The notes beneath the pieces are model-generated. The model was not told the DNA's origin. It did not search any database and saw only the letters and a list, made by a program, of their open reading frames with translations. Positions 35,601 to 45,210 of a DNA stretch of 64,000 bases are shown piece after piece. How positions within the stretch are numbered: position 1 is the first letter of the stretch; each line of letters starts with the position of its first letter. This DNA comes from Mizuhopecten yessoensis (Eukaryota), in NCBI RefSeq assembly GCF_002113885.1, contig NW_018408315.1, forward strand, positions 130,117 through 194,116, read 5' to 3'. Position numbers and translations under genes: made by a program.

Positions 35601-38600
35601 TTTGCAGCTTTCACTCTGAAATTAGTTTTCATTAACATAAAATACTTCATATATACATGTTATATGTCAATTGAAATAAATACTACAACAACATTAAAAA
35701 GATATTGCAATGATTATATTTTACCCGGCGGGAAATCTTTGAAGCAAACTTTACTGCAACACATTAGTACAATGATCTTCTTTTTATTAATAGTTGTTAA
35801 ACATTTTGGTCCTATAGATTTTATTTTCAGGCTAGAGGATATCAGTATGGCTTTGTTTTTGCCAAGAGTATAAATATGCAAGACCACACACTTGTGTTTT
35901 TGTAACGAATCAGAAAGCATGAGTTTATTGTGCGGACAAATATATTCACGAGTGCGCTTCGCGCACGAGTGAATACATACGTCCGCGCATAAATGAGTGC
36001 TCTCTGATTCGTTAGACAAACACAAGTGTGTGGTCTTGATTTTATCACATACCTTCCGTATTTGGTAGAGATCGCTACAAATATTTTATAAACTTTTTAG
36101 TTCGCCATGAAAAGGGGATTCCCATAAAAAGTAGTTCCGGCTAGTAGGTAAATACAACATTCCGTATTGCAAATGTGCAATACAGAACGTTGTATTTCAT
36201 GGTCTGAACATTGCTTGTATTACTATAACAAGATTCAACAGGTATTTGATAAATATGGTTCTAAATCATGCTTTATATCACCGATAGAAAATTGTTTACC
36301 TGTGGTGTGAGCTCCACCTCTAGTTCTCCTGTTAAGTATTGTCTCTCAAACTCTGCATTTTCACCCACATATGATGATATCATTCTACGAACCTGCAATG
36401 ACAGGAGCGTATCTGAATTTCTAAAAACAAGACACATTAAAGTCTTACTTGTCTTCCACTAGAACATGTTCATGATTTAACAGTGTTACCTCTCAAACCC
36501 TATATACACATAGAGCAGCCTGTCCAAAACTTTTCAGTTACCAAGATTTCTCTGAGATCCCAAATCACGACCTAAGAGGTTAATGTTGATGTGGGTAAAG
36601 GGAATACACTCTTCCAATTTTTGTAGAGAGTGAAAAACACAACGAATACCTGTCCTAAAATAATTATGGCTAGTTCCACTGCTAAATTTTCAGAATGATC
36701 AGATTGATCCATCAGCTATTATTAAAAATCTGAAACAGCATTCTAACCTGTCCCTGTTTCAGGAGAAGTCCAAGGCCAAAGTCGTCCACTCCGGCATTGT
36801 TGCTGACTACAGTCAAGTCCTTCACCTTGGTATTCAGTAAAGCATTAATGAGATTCTCCGGGATGCCACATAGTCCAAAACCTGAAACATGCAACAGTAT
36901 ACACTTAATCATCAAAACCTGAAACATCTTATAATTATAGTACATTGATATGTTGCTGTCATAGTCAAAATGGGAATACGCTGTAGTCTCAATTAACATT
37001 TAATGACTTCCAGAATCTATACTTACCCAGTAATCATTCTATATTTATTTTGTTCGTATTTGAAAAGAAATGAAATTCTGAATTCCACTTCAACTATGAA
37101 ATCTGTGAAAAACTTCAATAAAAATGGTAGTCCGAATTATTCTGACGTTTTATCAACTTTTTTCATATCGGTCTGTCATGGATTAACGTCAGAACTCCGG
37201 CCCTCTATAATATGTGGGAAATATGCGACCCGCGCCCGGAGCGCTCTTCAAACTGATATTTTAGAAACAAATCGTCACTTTCACACACATGTCGCACATG
37301 GATCGAAAGATCTAATCTTTATGCACCAGATGAACATACATAACATGCCTCAAACAACTAATACAATCACTAAAAACATATTTTTTCAAACTTACTCCGT
37401 TTTACTCTAGTTTTTTGATAGCTCTGCCTTCCAATGCCACGTGACTAAAATCTCGCCGGCCTACGTCATAACGTTGGGAAATACCTTCGGTAACACGAGA
37501 TCTCGTCAAGTCATGTGACATTTCTCATGGCCTAATTTTACATAAAAAACATGGGTTGGTAAAGAAAACGTTGGAAAATGCTTTTCGTAATGGTCTTTGA
37601 AACATCTTATTGATACCACCTATTGCATAAAGAATAGGTCTTTCGATCCATGTGTGATATGTGTCTGAAAGTGACGATTTGTTTCTAAAATATCAGTTTG
37701 AAGTGCGCTCCGGGCGCGGGTCGCATATTTCCCGCATATTATAGAGGGCCGGAGTTCTGACGTTAATTGACGACAGACCGATATGAAAAAAGTCGATAAA
37801 ACGTCAGAATAATTCGGACTATAAAAATGGTTGCACATGGCTGACAGGGATTTATTTTGCAATTGCCAAAACAATGACATGTAAATTAATAGATAAATAG
37901 CCTTATGACTTGAGTTTATATATTGGTCATTGAAAAGGAGTTTCCATTGATAATATCTGCATCTCCTATAAAGTCACCTCTGATGAGGATTTGATTTATG
38001 TGTTTGCATGTCAGACCTGTCATCTACATGTGATCATACAATAATTATTCAAGTCCAGCAAAAGTGTTAATGTACCGGTAAACAAAAACGTGAGCCGTGA
38101 TAATAAAATACCTTGGGCCAGGAGTGTTAGTTAATGGGAAATAAATAAACTTTGTCATTTTGACCATACAAAAGTATCTTAATCCAAAGTGTTGATGTGA
38201 CCATGTGAGGAGATTTTGTTATGAAACCATACCTCCCACCAGCAGCTTTGACCCATCAGTTATGTCTTTAACTGCATCTGCAGCGTCAGCACAGAATATG
38301 GCACTCCTCTTCGGTGATGTGCTAATATCCCTTTTCACATTTATCTGTAAAAAAAAAATTGGATATTTCAATTTACCTAAATAGTGTACTTATACGTCAT
38401 ACATGTATATAGTTATAAATATCACATGGGGCAAAGAAGTAATTCCAACAGTGTGGACAAGTTTAGGTTGTCAAATTTTCGGTTATAAATATCACATATA
38501 CATTAATTCACTGTATAATTTTTATTGTTAAAAATAAAACACTTCCCATACAGGGTTGGTTGGTGGTACGTATAGAGTTTAACATCCCATCAACAGCTAA

Positions 38601-39591
38601 GGTCATTTAAGGACGCACTGCCTTCATGTGTGTTAATTTGTATGCGTGCATGTGTACATGTGTGCCACAGACCGGGTATACGTACCATACCAGGACTACC
38701 TCTTTTTATCTAATGTGTCTGAAAATTGCTGAAAGTTTTTATTCTAGTGGCTAAATTTACCAAAAGTGTACTTCAAATAGGTATGGGTTTATTTAAGCAA
38801 TGCATGTTTTAGCAAATGTTGTTATGGTCCTTTAACACACATAACTATTGATGACAAACTTAATAAAACCACAGAATTAGATTAGCTATCAAAGTCTGTA
38901 ATAAAGCCTAGTACACTAACAGTAAGGGCAATCATGTATAATATGCCAACATTTGGGTAATTTATGGTTTTACTCGTAGAAAACATACTATATAATGGGG
39001 TAACATGGTTTTTATGTCTGCCTTTTTCAATGATAATAATTATAATAATAATAGTAGTAACGTTCTGGTTATTTAAATAAAAGGATGATTGTGAGGGTAA
39101 ATACTGGTTCTTTATGCATTCTTCTTAAAATCTTGGAAGCAATCACTATACTGTAACTACATGCATAAAGTCGAGAAGGACCACCTGCAAAAACTCTAGT
39201 GTCATTTACTGAATAAGTCCACCAGAAAAAATAAGTTAGCAATCGATGATTACGTTATATTTTAGATTAATGCAGAAGACTCAAAATGCATTTGGTTACA
39301 AATATCATTTTCTACTATTAGAATATTTGGAGACAGATTTATTTGACATCCTCCACTTTTGGAGGTGTGACAGAATCCGCCAATCAGAGAACGTGTTTAC
39401 TAATCTGACGGCAATGCACGACACTCGTTTTAGTATTTCGACGCGCTATTTATCCAACTTATGATGGTGTACATGTTTGATATCAAAAGCAAATTTAACT
39501 TATAAACCTTAATTGCAGGAAATACGACCCCCGCTTGACGCCCGCAGACTTTCACTGGCGACACAAGTGACCTTAGCAAACTGGCTGCCAT
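5579..39591 (-). CDS. OXCT1: Succinyl-CoA:3-ketoacid CoA transferase 1 (SCOT), mitochondrial; 14 coding exons, 1569 nt, 522 aa
   Basis: Exons joined manually with GT-AG boundaries and consistent phases: 39508-39591, 38233-38344, 36748-36881, 36300-36392, 35334-35483, 11055-11161, 10484-10652, 10073-10184, 8676-8767, 8103-8224, 7194-7269, 6392-6562, 5873-5974, 5579-5623. Motifs: [50 protein letters not shown], catalytic [13 protein letters not shown]. The N-terminus is Arg/Ser/Leu-rich, like a mitochondrial transit peptide. Confidence 0.97.
5873..5974 (-). CDS. OXCT1: OXCT1 exon 13 ([15 protein letters not shown]...TGAEFK)
   Basis: Conserved motif; AG/GT boundaries. Confidence 0.95.
6024..6089 (-). 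pseudogene. Degenerate duplicate of OXCT1 exon 13 (pseudo-exon)
   Basis: tatttgaccag|[21 protein letters not shown] versus the real tatttcaccag|[18 protein letters not shown]. Confidence 0.8.
6392..6562 (-). CDS. OXCT1: OXCT1 exon 12 ([14 protein letters not shown]...CTLPLTG...IITEM)
   Basis: Conserved motif; AG/GT boundaries. Confidence 0.96.
7194..7269 (-). CDS. OXCT1: OXCT1 exon 11 ([25 protein letters not shown])
   Basis: Conserved motif; GTAAGT donor. Confidence 0.96.
8103..8224 (-). CDS. OXCT1: OXCT1 exon 10 ([21 protein letters not shown]...SFAMIRG)
   Basis: Conserved motif; AG/GT boundaries. Confidence 0.96.
8676..8767 (-). CDS. OXCT1: OXCT1 exon 9 ([14 protein letters not shown]...[10 protein letters not shown], catalytic Glu)
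   Basis: SENG active-site motif; GTGAGT donor. Confidence 0.96.
8768..10072 (-). other. U12-type (minor spliceosome) GT-AG intron, OXCT1 intron 8
   Basis: 5' splice site GTATCCTTAC; branch sequence TTTTCCTTAAT at 8779-8789, about 12 nt from the CAG acceptor. Confidence 0.9.
9175..9535 (+). mobile_element. tRNA-derived SINE (CORE-like), degenerate
   Basis: A-box-like tagtctagtgg, B-box-like ggttcgcgac, central gtatctttgaacaagatacttt resembling the CORE domain, attattatgatta tail. Confidence 0.6.
10073..10184 (-). CDS. OXCT1: OXCT1 exon 8 (...[17 protein letters not shown])
   Basis: Conserved motif; U12-type donor G|GTATCCTTAC. Confidence 0.94.
10484..10652 (-). CDS. OXCT1: OXCT1 exon 7 ([13 protein letters not shown]...YEKRIE)
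   Basis: Conserved motif; donor GAG|GTGCAT. Confidence 0.95.
11055..11161 (-). CDS. OXCT1: OXCT1 exon 6 ([36 protein letters not shown])
   Basis: Conserved motif; the acceptor lies in the terminal unit of the 57-bp array. Confidence 0.94.
11150..12100 (-). repeat. 57-bp minisatellite (about 16 copies) derived from the intron 5/exon 6 junction
   Basis: Unit on minus strand: ...ctatattcttgtatgttggtag|GTGCCAGGCTTT; the terminal unit is the real acceptor plus the start of exon 6. Confidence 0.95.
14190..16480. repeat. 48-bp minisatellite, about 47 copies
   Basis: gtcatgtaaccctagttattgggtggcccatatctgtggacacttgtc; produces the 16-aa periodic ORFs. Confidence 0.97.
17083..18580. mobile_element. 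Non-autonomous DNA transposon with TTAA target duplication (Kolobok-like termini)
   Basis: TTAA|agggacatcacgtgaa ... ttcaccgtgatgcccct|TTAA; no transposase ORF. Confidence 0.75.
19200..20507. repeat. 32-bp minisatellite, about 40 copies
   Basis: tatcctacactctaacggttttaacatctatg. Confidence 0.97.
24764..25672 (-). CDS. Syntaxin (Qa-SNARE, syntaxin-1/11-like), single coding exon, 302 aa, nested in OXCT1 intron 5
   Basis: N-peptide MVKDRL, helical Habc-like region, SNARE motif [24 protein letters not shown] with Q zero layer, basic KKFRKKK plus CIC, C-terminal hydrophobic TM segment. The first true ATG is at 25672, 8 nt after a cctgcag acceptor. Confidence 0.93.
   Translation of the reverse strand: MVKDRLQEMKKKHEEFESEDLKKKRKKKEKETMETTIAGFQDKVHGIEERLKSLKKEADDVKKLQSNLYCSPFVTSKDLQKMEHMSDQILTDSIRIRKDIELLAAETTTESQKASLITSGTHQRVHVTQIDRLSQELKTTTHDFAGNQADYLDKTKARFKRQMQIVTNGNEPDNIDMNFQNQAMFTGGFLMEMQKAKGDLQVLQEREEVLHDIEGQIHEVNKLFKEMHVLVADQGETIDTIENHVERTVADIESGKKDLGEAEKNQKKFRKKKCICIIILVIVIAIIIGIVAAIIAQSTGGD
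27479..28724 (+). mobile_element. Helentron/DINE-type non-autonomous element with about 5 internal ~155-160-bp repeats
   Basis: aacaagag start with short palindrome gatccc-agag-ggatc; aagatggctgcctgtcggccatgttg at ~27901, 28032, 28188, 28346, 28508; gacgg motif and terminal hairpin tagcccaccatc-aga-tgatggttggcta-aaaa. Confidence 0.7.
29226..30590 (+). mobile_element. Second Helentron/DINE-type element with ~155-bp internal repeats
   Basis: aacaagaggccc...gctcacctg start; cctattggg-containing units repeated about 6 times; gacggacg and ataagctcacc near the 3' end. Confidence 0.65.
31075..31170 (+). mobile_element. tRNA-derived SINE head fragment
   Basis: gtagctcaatttgcagagcg ... ggtcctgggttcaaatc; A and B boxes present, no valid cloverleaf. 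Confidence 0.5.
31282..31911. mobile_element. MITE with imperfect TIRs flanked by TTAA/TAA
   Basis: ttaa|taccccggtcacacatt ... aatgtgtgactgggaca|ttaa. Confidence 0.65.
33082..34890. repeat. 44-bp minisatellite, about 40 copies, with an internal re-duplication of its left flank
   Basis: gagatcttcccccaccgggtataagtaaggagcccaatatgtgg; flank tgtaataattgccaacctctaagccacttaaagagccc at 33082 and 33969. Confidence 0.97.
35334..35483 (-). CDS. OXCT1: OXCT1 exon 5 ([25 protein letters not shown]...GPRE)
   Basis: Conserved motif; GAG|GTAAGT donor. Confidence 0.96.
36300..36392 (-). CDS. OXCT1: OXCT1 exon 4 ([31 protein letters not shown])
   Basis: Conserved motif; AG/GT boundaries. Confidence 0.96.
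36748..36881 (-). CDS. OXCT1: OXCT1 exon 3 ([11 protein letters not shown]...[15 protein letters not shown])
   Basis: Conserved motif; AG/GT boundaries. Confidence 0.96.
37128..37821. mobile_element. Mutator-like MITE: ~200-bp TIRs, 9-bp TSD
   Basis: 37128-~37325 is the reverse complement of ~37624-37821 (same peptide in opposite-strand ORFs); TAAAAATGG at both 37119-37127 and 37822-37830. Confidence 0.9.
38233..38344 (-). CDS. OXCT1: OXCT1 exon 2 (INVKRDIST...[15 protein letters not shown])
   Basis: tttttacag acceptor; G|GTATGG donor; CoA-transferase N-terminal motif. Confidence 0.93.
39508..39591 (-). CDS. OXCT1: OXCT1 exon 1 ([28 protein letters not shown]; transit-peptide-like)
   Basis: Start context aacATGG; donor AAG|GTTTAT; 84 nt, phase 0, fits exon 2. 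Confidence 0.85.
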
Positions 39592-39755
39592 GTTGAGAGT
39601 TCTGGTAAAGGGACATAACCCCACAGGCCAATTGGAGTGCTCTAAAGCGATAAATAGGATGTAATATCACGGACTTATAGATAACATCACGGATTAGATT
39701 TCAGGATTTTCAAATGATATCTAAAACAAATAACTGTAAAATATTAAATATGAAA

Positions 39756-39877
39756 AATATTTCCCAAAGAAATCATGTCAAGTTATCCCTTGAAGCTATC
39801 AGAGACGTATTATATATTTCCCAAAGAAATCATGTCAAGTTATCCCTTGAAGCTATCAGAGACGTATTATATATTTC
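39756..39877. repeat. 57-bp perfect tandem duplication in the OXCT1 upstream region
   Basis: atatttcccaaagaaatcatgtcaagttatcccttgaagctatcagagacgtattat, two copies. Confidence 0.9.
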
Positions 39878-40237
39878 CTTTAATATGTCTCCGAAGCTAT
39901 ATATCCTACTTGCAATGGGTACCAACTTCACGATAACAATTTCCCATAAAAATATCTTTGAGGAAGATTAAATCGCATAAATCTAACGTTATAGTTACCA
40001 CTGTGCATGCGTTCTGTAATAAATAAAACCACTAATTATATCAGTATCTGATTTCAAAACAACTTAAAAAAAACGTCACGTGCCTTTCTTAAAGTAGTCG
40101 TTAAAACAAATATTGAAAATTTTATTAGCCTCCTTTGTGGAATTTATCAAGACATTTGATAGTGCCATTCGTTCAGGGCGTTTATTTAAATTTTATAACT
40201 AATTCTGATCACACAATTCTATGTTTAGTACAATTTT

Positions 40238-40365
40238 CTGTCATAAAGGGTCACCAGACCCTGTACGCCCTCCACTTATCTATCATAAAGGGTCACCAGA
40301 CCCTGTGCGTCCTCCAATTATCTATCATAAAGGGTCACAGACCCTGTACGTCCTCCAATTATCAC
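40238..40365. repeat. 42-bp tandem repeat, 3 copies
   Basis: tcataaagggtcaccagaccctgtacgtcctccaattatcta. Confidence 0.85.
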
Positions 40366-41339
40366 TATCCATTATTTACAAGTTTTATTCGAACTTTATT
40401 CGATTATTTACTTATCCCCATCGCAACCTAATGGTTTGCAAAGAAAATACTGGATGTGTTGAAATAAATAGTGTGATGACAGGTGCCTAAAGGTGTACAC
40501 AAAATGAAAGTTTTTATTTTTAATATTCCTGCTATCAAAAAAGCGCATCAACTATATGTTTTTTACTTTAGCAATGGTGGTGTGAAATGAGTCCACCAGT
40601 CCTGGTATCTAGGTATAACACTTACAATGTACTTTCTCACACTCACTTTCTCTGGATGTTTTGCTGTTGCGATACATGACCAAGCAGTGCCAAGATATTC
40701 AGAAAAGATTTCAATCTACTCAGGCTTAGTTGCACCAATGTCCTTCTTTTGTCTACTTATCCAGAGCGTCATTTTATGTAAATACTATTGAATTTTTATT
40801 TTTTTTAATTTCGGCAGCACAAAAATGTGGGTTTTTTTTAAATGATTTTTTTTTCATAAAAAATAGAAATCGGATGGCATTTGGGCGGTTATGAGATTTT
40901 TTAAATCAAGTATTCACATTTAGATTCTTATGATGCTGTATATTTTGTGTTTCAAAAATAAATGTAACTTCTAACAGAGACGCATATATTACAGAGATTG
41001 GCAACTCACGCAGATCTCGTAAAAACACGCATGATCATAATTATTGTTCAGGCAGTGAAATAAGATACGCCGCGAGACTTGGGTTGCGGCTGCGCAATCA
41101 CGCGGAACCTGGTCTATGAGTGTTTGTTTGACAGCTAAAAGCACATGTCGAAGCAAAATGATATCGATCCTAGCTGGTGACGATAGTCTGGTTAATGTGT
41201 TAGTTACCTGTGAGAATTCGATCGTGTATTCGTTAGTTCGTGTCAACATGTCACATATCCTAGCCATATATCGCTCATATTAGAAGCTGGTTAGAAATAT
41301 TTTGTAATATCTTAATACGTTTTTGAAATTGAAATGAAA

Positions 41340-41910
41340 AGAATTAACCCTCGCACATCACAGCCGCCATTTAAACTTGTTTATTCTTAAAAAAAAATGT
41401 ATTTTCAGAGCTCAATTATCAAACTTTGCAAGTATTGTAAAAACCTTATTTGAAAAAGATGGCTAGAACTTTTATGTTTGATTAAATATCTGAAGATGTT
41501 TTAGAATTTAAATAATGAATTAGAAAGACACATCTAAACCGCCATTACCGCCATTTAAGCTTGTTTATTCTTAAAAACCTGTATTTTCAGAGTTAAATTA
41601 TCAAACGTTGTTAATTTTCTAACAACCTCATTTTAAGAATCTGATTAGAAATATTATCAAATAATTCAAATCTGAAGATCTTTTTGAAATTGAATAATTC
41701 ATAAAAAAAGTAGTTCGTGTTCTAATGTGTCATGAAAGAAATAACCCTCACACATCAGAGCCGCCATTTTAACTTGTTTATTCTTAAAAACCTGTATTTT
41801 CAGAGCTAAATGATCAAATTTTGTAAGTTTTCTAACAACCTCATTTAAGGAACCTGGTTAGAATTATTATCCAATAATGAATTTCTGAATACTTTTTTGA
41901 AATTGTCTAA
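41340..41910. repeat. Degenerate ~190-210-bp repeat, 3 copies
   Basis: ccgccattt(a/t)aacttgtttattcttaaaaa at ~41364, 41548, 41761. Confidence 0.8.
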
Positions 41911-42014
41911 AGAACAAAAACGGAGTTTGTGTTCTCCTGAAGCTAGAATCATTACCGATATGTAAACCCAGCCACGATGTGCAATCTTTCGATGTTTGGT
42001 GTTTTCTGAACTTA

Positions 42015-45000
42015 ATCTTCATCTTCATCTGTTAGACTTCCTCCGATACCGACGATTACGGAAGTAGGGTCGTTGTGCTGTTGTGCGTTAATTATGTACA
42101 GTGATAATCTTTTGATTTTTTTTTTTTTTGTTATTTGCTATTGGATAAAAACAGGTTAAAAGCAGTGAGTGAGTGTAAGTTATGTTGTAGTTTTTGTATA
42201 TGTTCGATTATGTTGTATGTGGTGCATGTCCTGAATTCTGCAAGTGTATTTGAATTAATTTTGTGGGAAGGCGGTTCCATTGTATTATGTTGTATGGAAA
42301 GAATGAGTGTCTGTATGTGTCTTTGGACGTGTAGATATGTCTGTAACTAAGGTTGTGTCCTTGACGTGTTCTGGTGTCTGCCGGGATGAGATTGTTAGTG
42401 TGTATTGCTACTTAATGGTTTATTATTTTGTAGAGAAGAATAATGCGTGTTCTTGTTCTGCGTGTGTTTAGGGTTGGCCATTGCAAGTTATGTATCATGT
42501 CTGTGACTGAGCTTGTGTTATGGTATTTGTTTAGGACATATCGTGCTGCTCTTCGTTGTATTTTTTCTAATTGGTTTATGTTATTTGTATCATGTGGGTC
42601 CCAAACTGAAGAGCAGTATTCGAGTTTTGGTCTTCGATGGCCTTGTATGCATGTTCTTTTATGTGTGTTTTAATTTATTTTTAGGATGCGTTTCAGAAAG
42701 CCTAGTGATTTATTTGCATTTGATGTGATGTTGTTAATGTGTTTGTTCCATTTAAGTTGTTTTGAAGTGTGATGCCTAGATATTTGTTTGAAGTAACATA
42801 TTCTAGTGTGTGGTCATGGAGTGTGTATTGGTGTTTAATTTGTGTGTGTTTTGGTGATATAGTGAGTATGGTGCATTTGTCTGGATGGAATTTCATGAGC
42901 CTGTTCTCTTCCCATTTACTATCTGCATCTAAACCTGCTTGTAGTTTTGACGTGTCGTCTTTGTTGTTGATTGTTTTGTACAGTATACTGTCGTCTGCAA
43001 AAAGTCTTAGTGTACTGTGTGATATGTATTCGGGAAAGTCGTTGATGTATATGAGGAAGAGGACTGGTCCCAAACAGGACCCTTGAGGCACTCCAGATGT
43101 TACTGGGATCTTGTCGGAGTGTTTTCCCTCAAGTACTACTGTTTGAGTGCGTTGTGATAGAAAGTCTGTTATCCATGTTAATGTGGTTCCGGTGATGCCG
43201 TAATAATTTAGCTTGTACTGAAGGTGTTTGTGTGGGAATTTGTCGAAGGCTTTGGCAAAATCCATTATGATAATGTCTGTTTGTTTGTTGTTGTTGTGGT
43301 TCTTTGCGAGGAATGTAATGAGTTGCGTTTCGCAAGATCTTGATGTGCGGAAGCCATGTTGTAGGTCGTGCAGTATTTTGTTGTCTTCTAAGTGTTTCAT
43401 GGTTGCGCTTGTGATGATGTGTTCTAGGAGTTTGCATGCAATACATGTGAGTGATATTGGTCTGTAGCTTGTTGGGTTGTATTTGTCTCCTTTTTTGTAT
43501 ATGAGGTTTACGTTGGCGTGTTTCCAGTCTTTGGTAAGTGTTCCTGTACTGAGTGATGTTTGGAATATTTTTGTAAGTATAGGTGCTGTGATATCCTTGA
43601 GTTCTTTTAGTATTCTGCCGTGTATATTGTCTGGGCCTGTTGCTTTGTGTGGGTTAACGTTATTTAGTAGTTTGTCGACTCCTTGGCATGTGATATATAT
43701 CTGGCATGGGTGGATGAGGTGATATTCCTTTGTCAGGTATTGTTATGTTTGGTTCTGGTGTGAAGGCATATTGGAACTGTTCATTTAGTATGTTTGCCTT
43801 TGTTTCTGGGTCTGATGTGAGGTGGCTGTTTTTTCTTTTTTTGTGGTTTTAATGAAAGAGACGAGTTTTTTCGGGTTGTATTTGTTCCTTGTGTTGGGGT
43901 CTTCAGGTTCGCCTATTGGTAGGTCTGTGATTATCTTCTCAATGTATTGAAGGTATGCATTGCGTGTTTGTTTTTGCACTTCAGCTTTTACTGTTTTGTA
44001 TGTGTGGATAAGTTTGTGATTTGTCCTCGATTTGTAGTGGAGGCGTTTAGACTTGTTTGTGAGGCGGCGAAGTGAGTTGTTCATCCAGGGTGGTCTATGT
44101 TTATATGTTAGTGATTTTATTGGATTTTCTTTTTCTGTAGATGTGTGGAGTGTTGTTTTGAAACTTACCCAAAGGTCTTCTGTGTTTGGATGTTCTAGGT
44201 CCTGAAAGTTGTTATTTAGATTAGTGAGGTCTTTCCTGATGTTGTCCCAGTTTGCTTTGTTATGTAGTAGGTTAATGTTCCTAGGTGGTTTGCGTGTTTT
44301 TGTAGTCTAATCTCTGCTTCTGTATATATGATGTCGTGATCTGCCTTGCCTATCGGTGGGACTATTTCTTGTTTATTGATGATGGATGTACGATTTGTGA
44401 GTGTTAGGTCAAGGATGTGTTCTCCTCTTGTGGGTTTGTCTATGGTTTGGGTGAGGGAGGTGTCGTCGATGATGTCTAGAAGGCGTTGATGTAGGGTTGT
44501 GTCTGGTTTGCCTGGTGTTGTAGTGTTGTTTGACCAATCTATGTGTGGGAGGTTGAAGTCTCCGCTAATAAATGTGTTCCTATTCTGTTCAGGGATATTT
44601 CGAGTTCTGTGAGTGAGTGTCCTTTATCTGATGGTGGTCTGTAGTATGCACCTACTATGAAGCTATGTGAGTTTGACATTTTGTTGTTTGCCCAACTGGA
44701 TTCGTTATCTGTTTCTAATTATGGAAGTTGTTGCGAGATGTATTTGTTTGTGATAGCGAGTAGTACTCAACCGTGGCTTTGTCCTTTTGCGTTTGGTGTG
44801 CGGACTTTTCTATATACTGTGTACTGTGTTATTGGAAAGTATTCGTATGATGAAATTGTGCTATTTAGCCATGTCTATCGCATGTGTCGCAGCATATAGC
44901 ATTTGTTTACCACGTGAAGGCTTTGTTGCATGTTCCGCATGGGTATTTGGGTGCTCTTGGCCCTGGGTTTAGTTCAGTGTCTGATGACATTGCGAGTAGG

Positions 45001-45210
45001 AGGATAAAGAAGATGTAAGAGTTGCTTGGTTTTATGTATTTGTGTTTAAGACGTGTGGATATTGCGGGGAATAGTGTGAGTGGTGTCTCGTGTTCTTCGT
45101 GTTGGGCGAGTCTGTTTTCGTCGAAGCCGAATGTGTTTTTGTGTATTTGTGTTCTATGTTTGTGGAATATGTTCGACTTGTTTGTGGCCCAGAAGAGAAG
45201 AATATACATG
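42015..45210 (-). mobile_element. Degenerate non-LTR retrotransposon (CR1/L2-group LINE): PHD-like remnant, AP endonuclease, reverse transcriptase
   Basis: RT motifs QHGFR, DFAKAFD, GVPQGSCLGPVLFLIYIND, LFADD (42702-43400); endonuclease motif GDFNLPHIDW at ~44535-44565; frameshifts; (AGATGA)n-like 3' tail at ~42016-42030. Confidence 0.92.
42702..43400 (-). pseudogene. LINE reverse transcriptase fragment
   Basis: Canonical non-LTR RT motifs; the frame is broken on both sides. Confidence 0.9.

Noticed and set aside
37003-37880. Two ORFs with near-identical peptides on opposite strands
   Set aside because: This follows from the MITE's terminal inverted repeats; they are not genes.
39592-39624. 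Longer OXCT1 N-terminus (MGLCPFTRTLN) from the ORF track
   Set aside because: The track start is a non-ATG codon; the ATG at 39591 has good context and begins a transit-peptide-like sequence.
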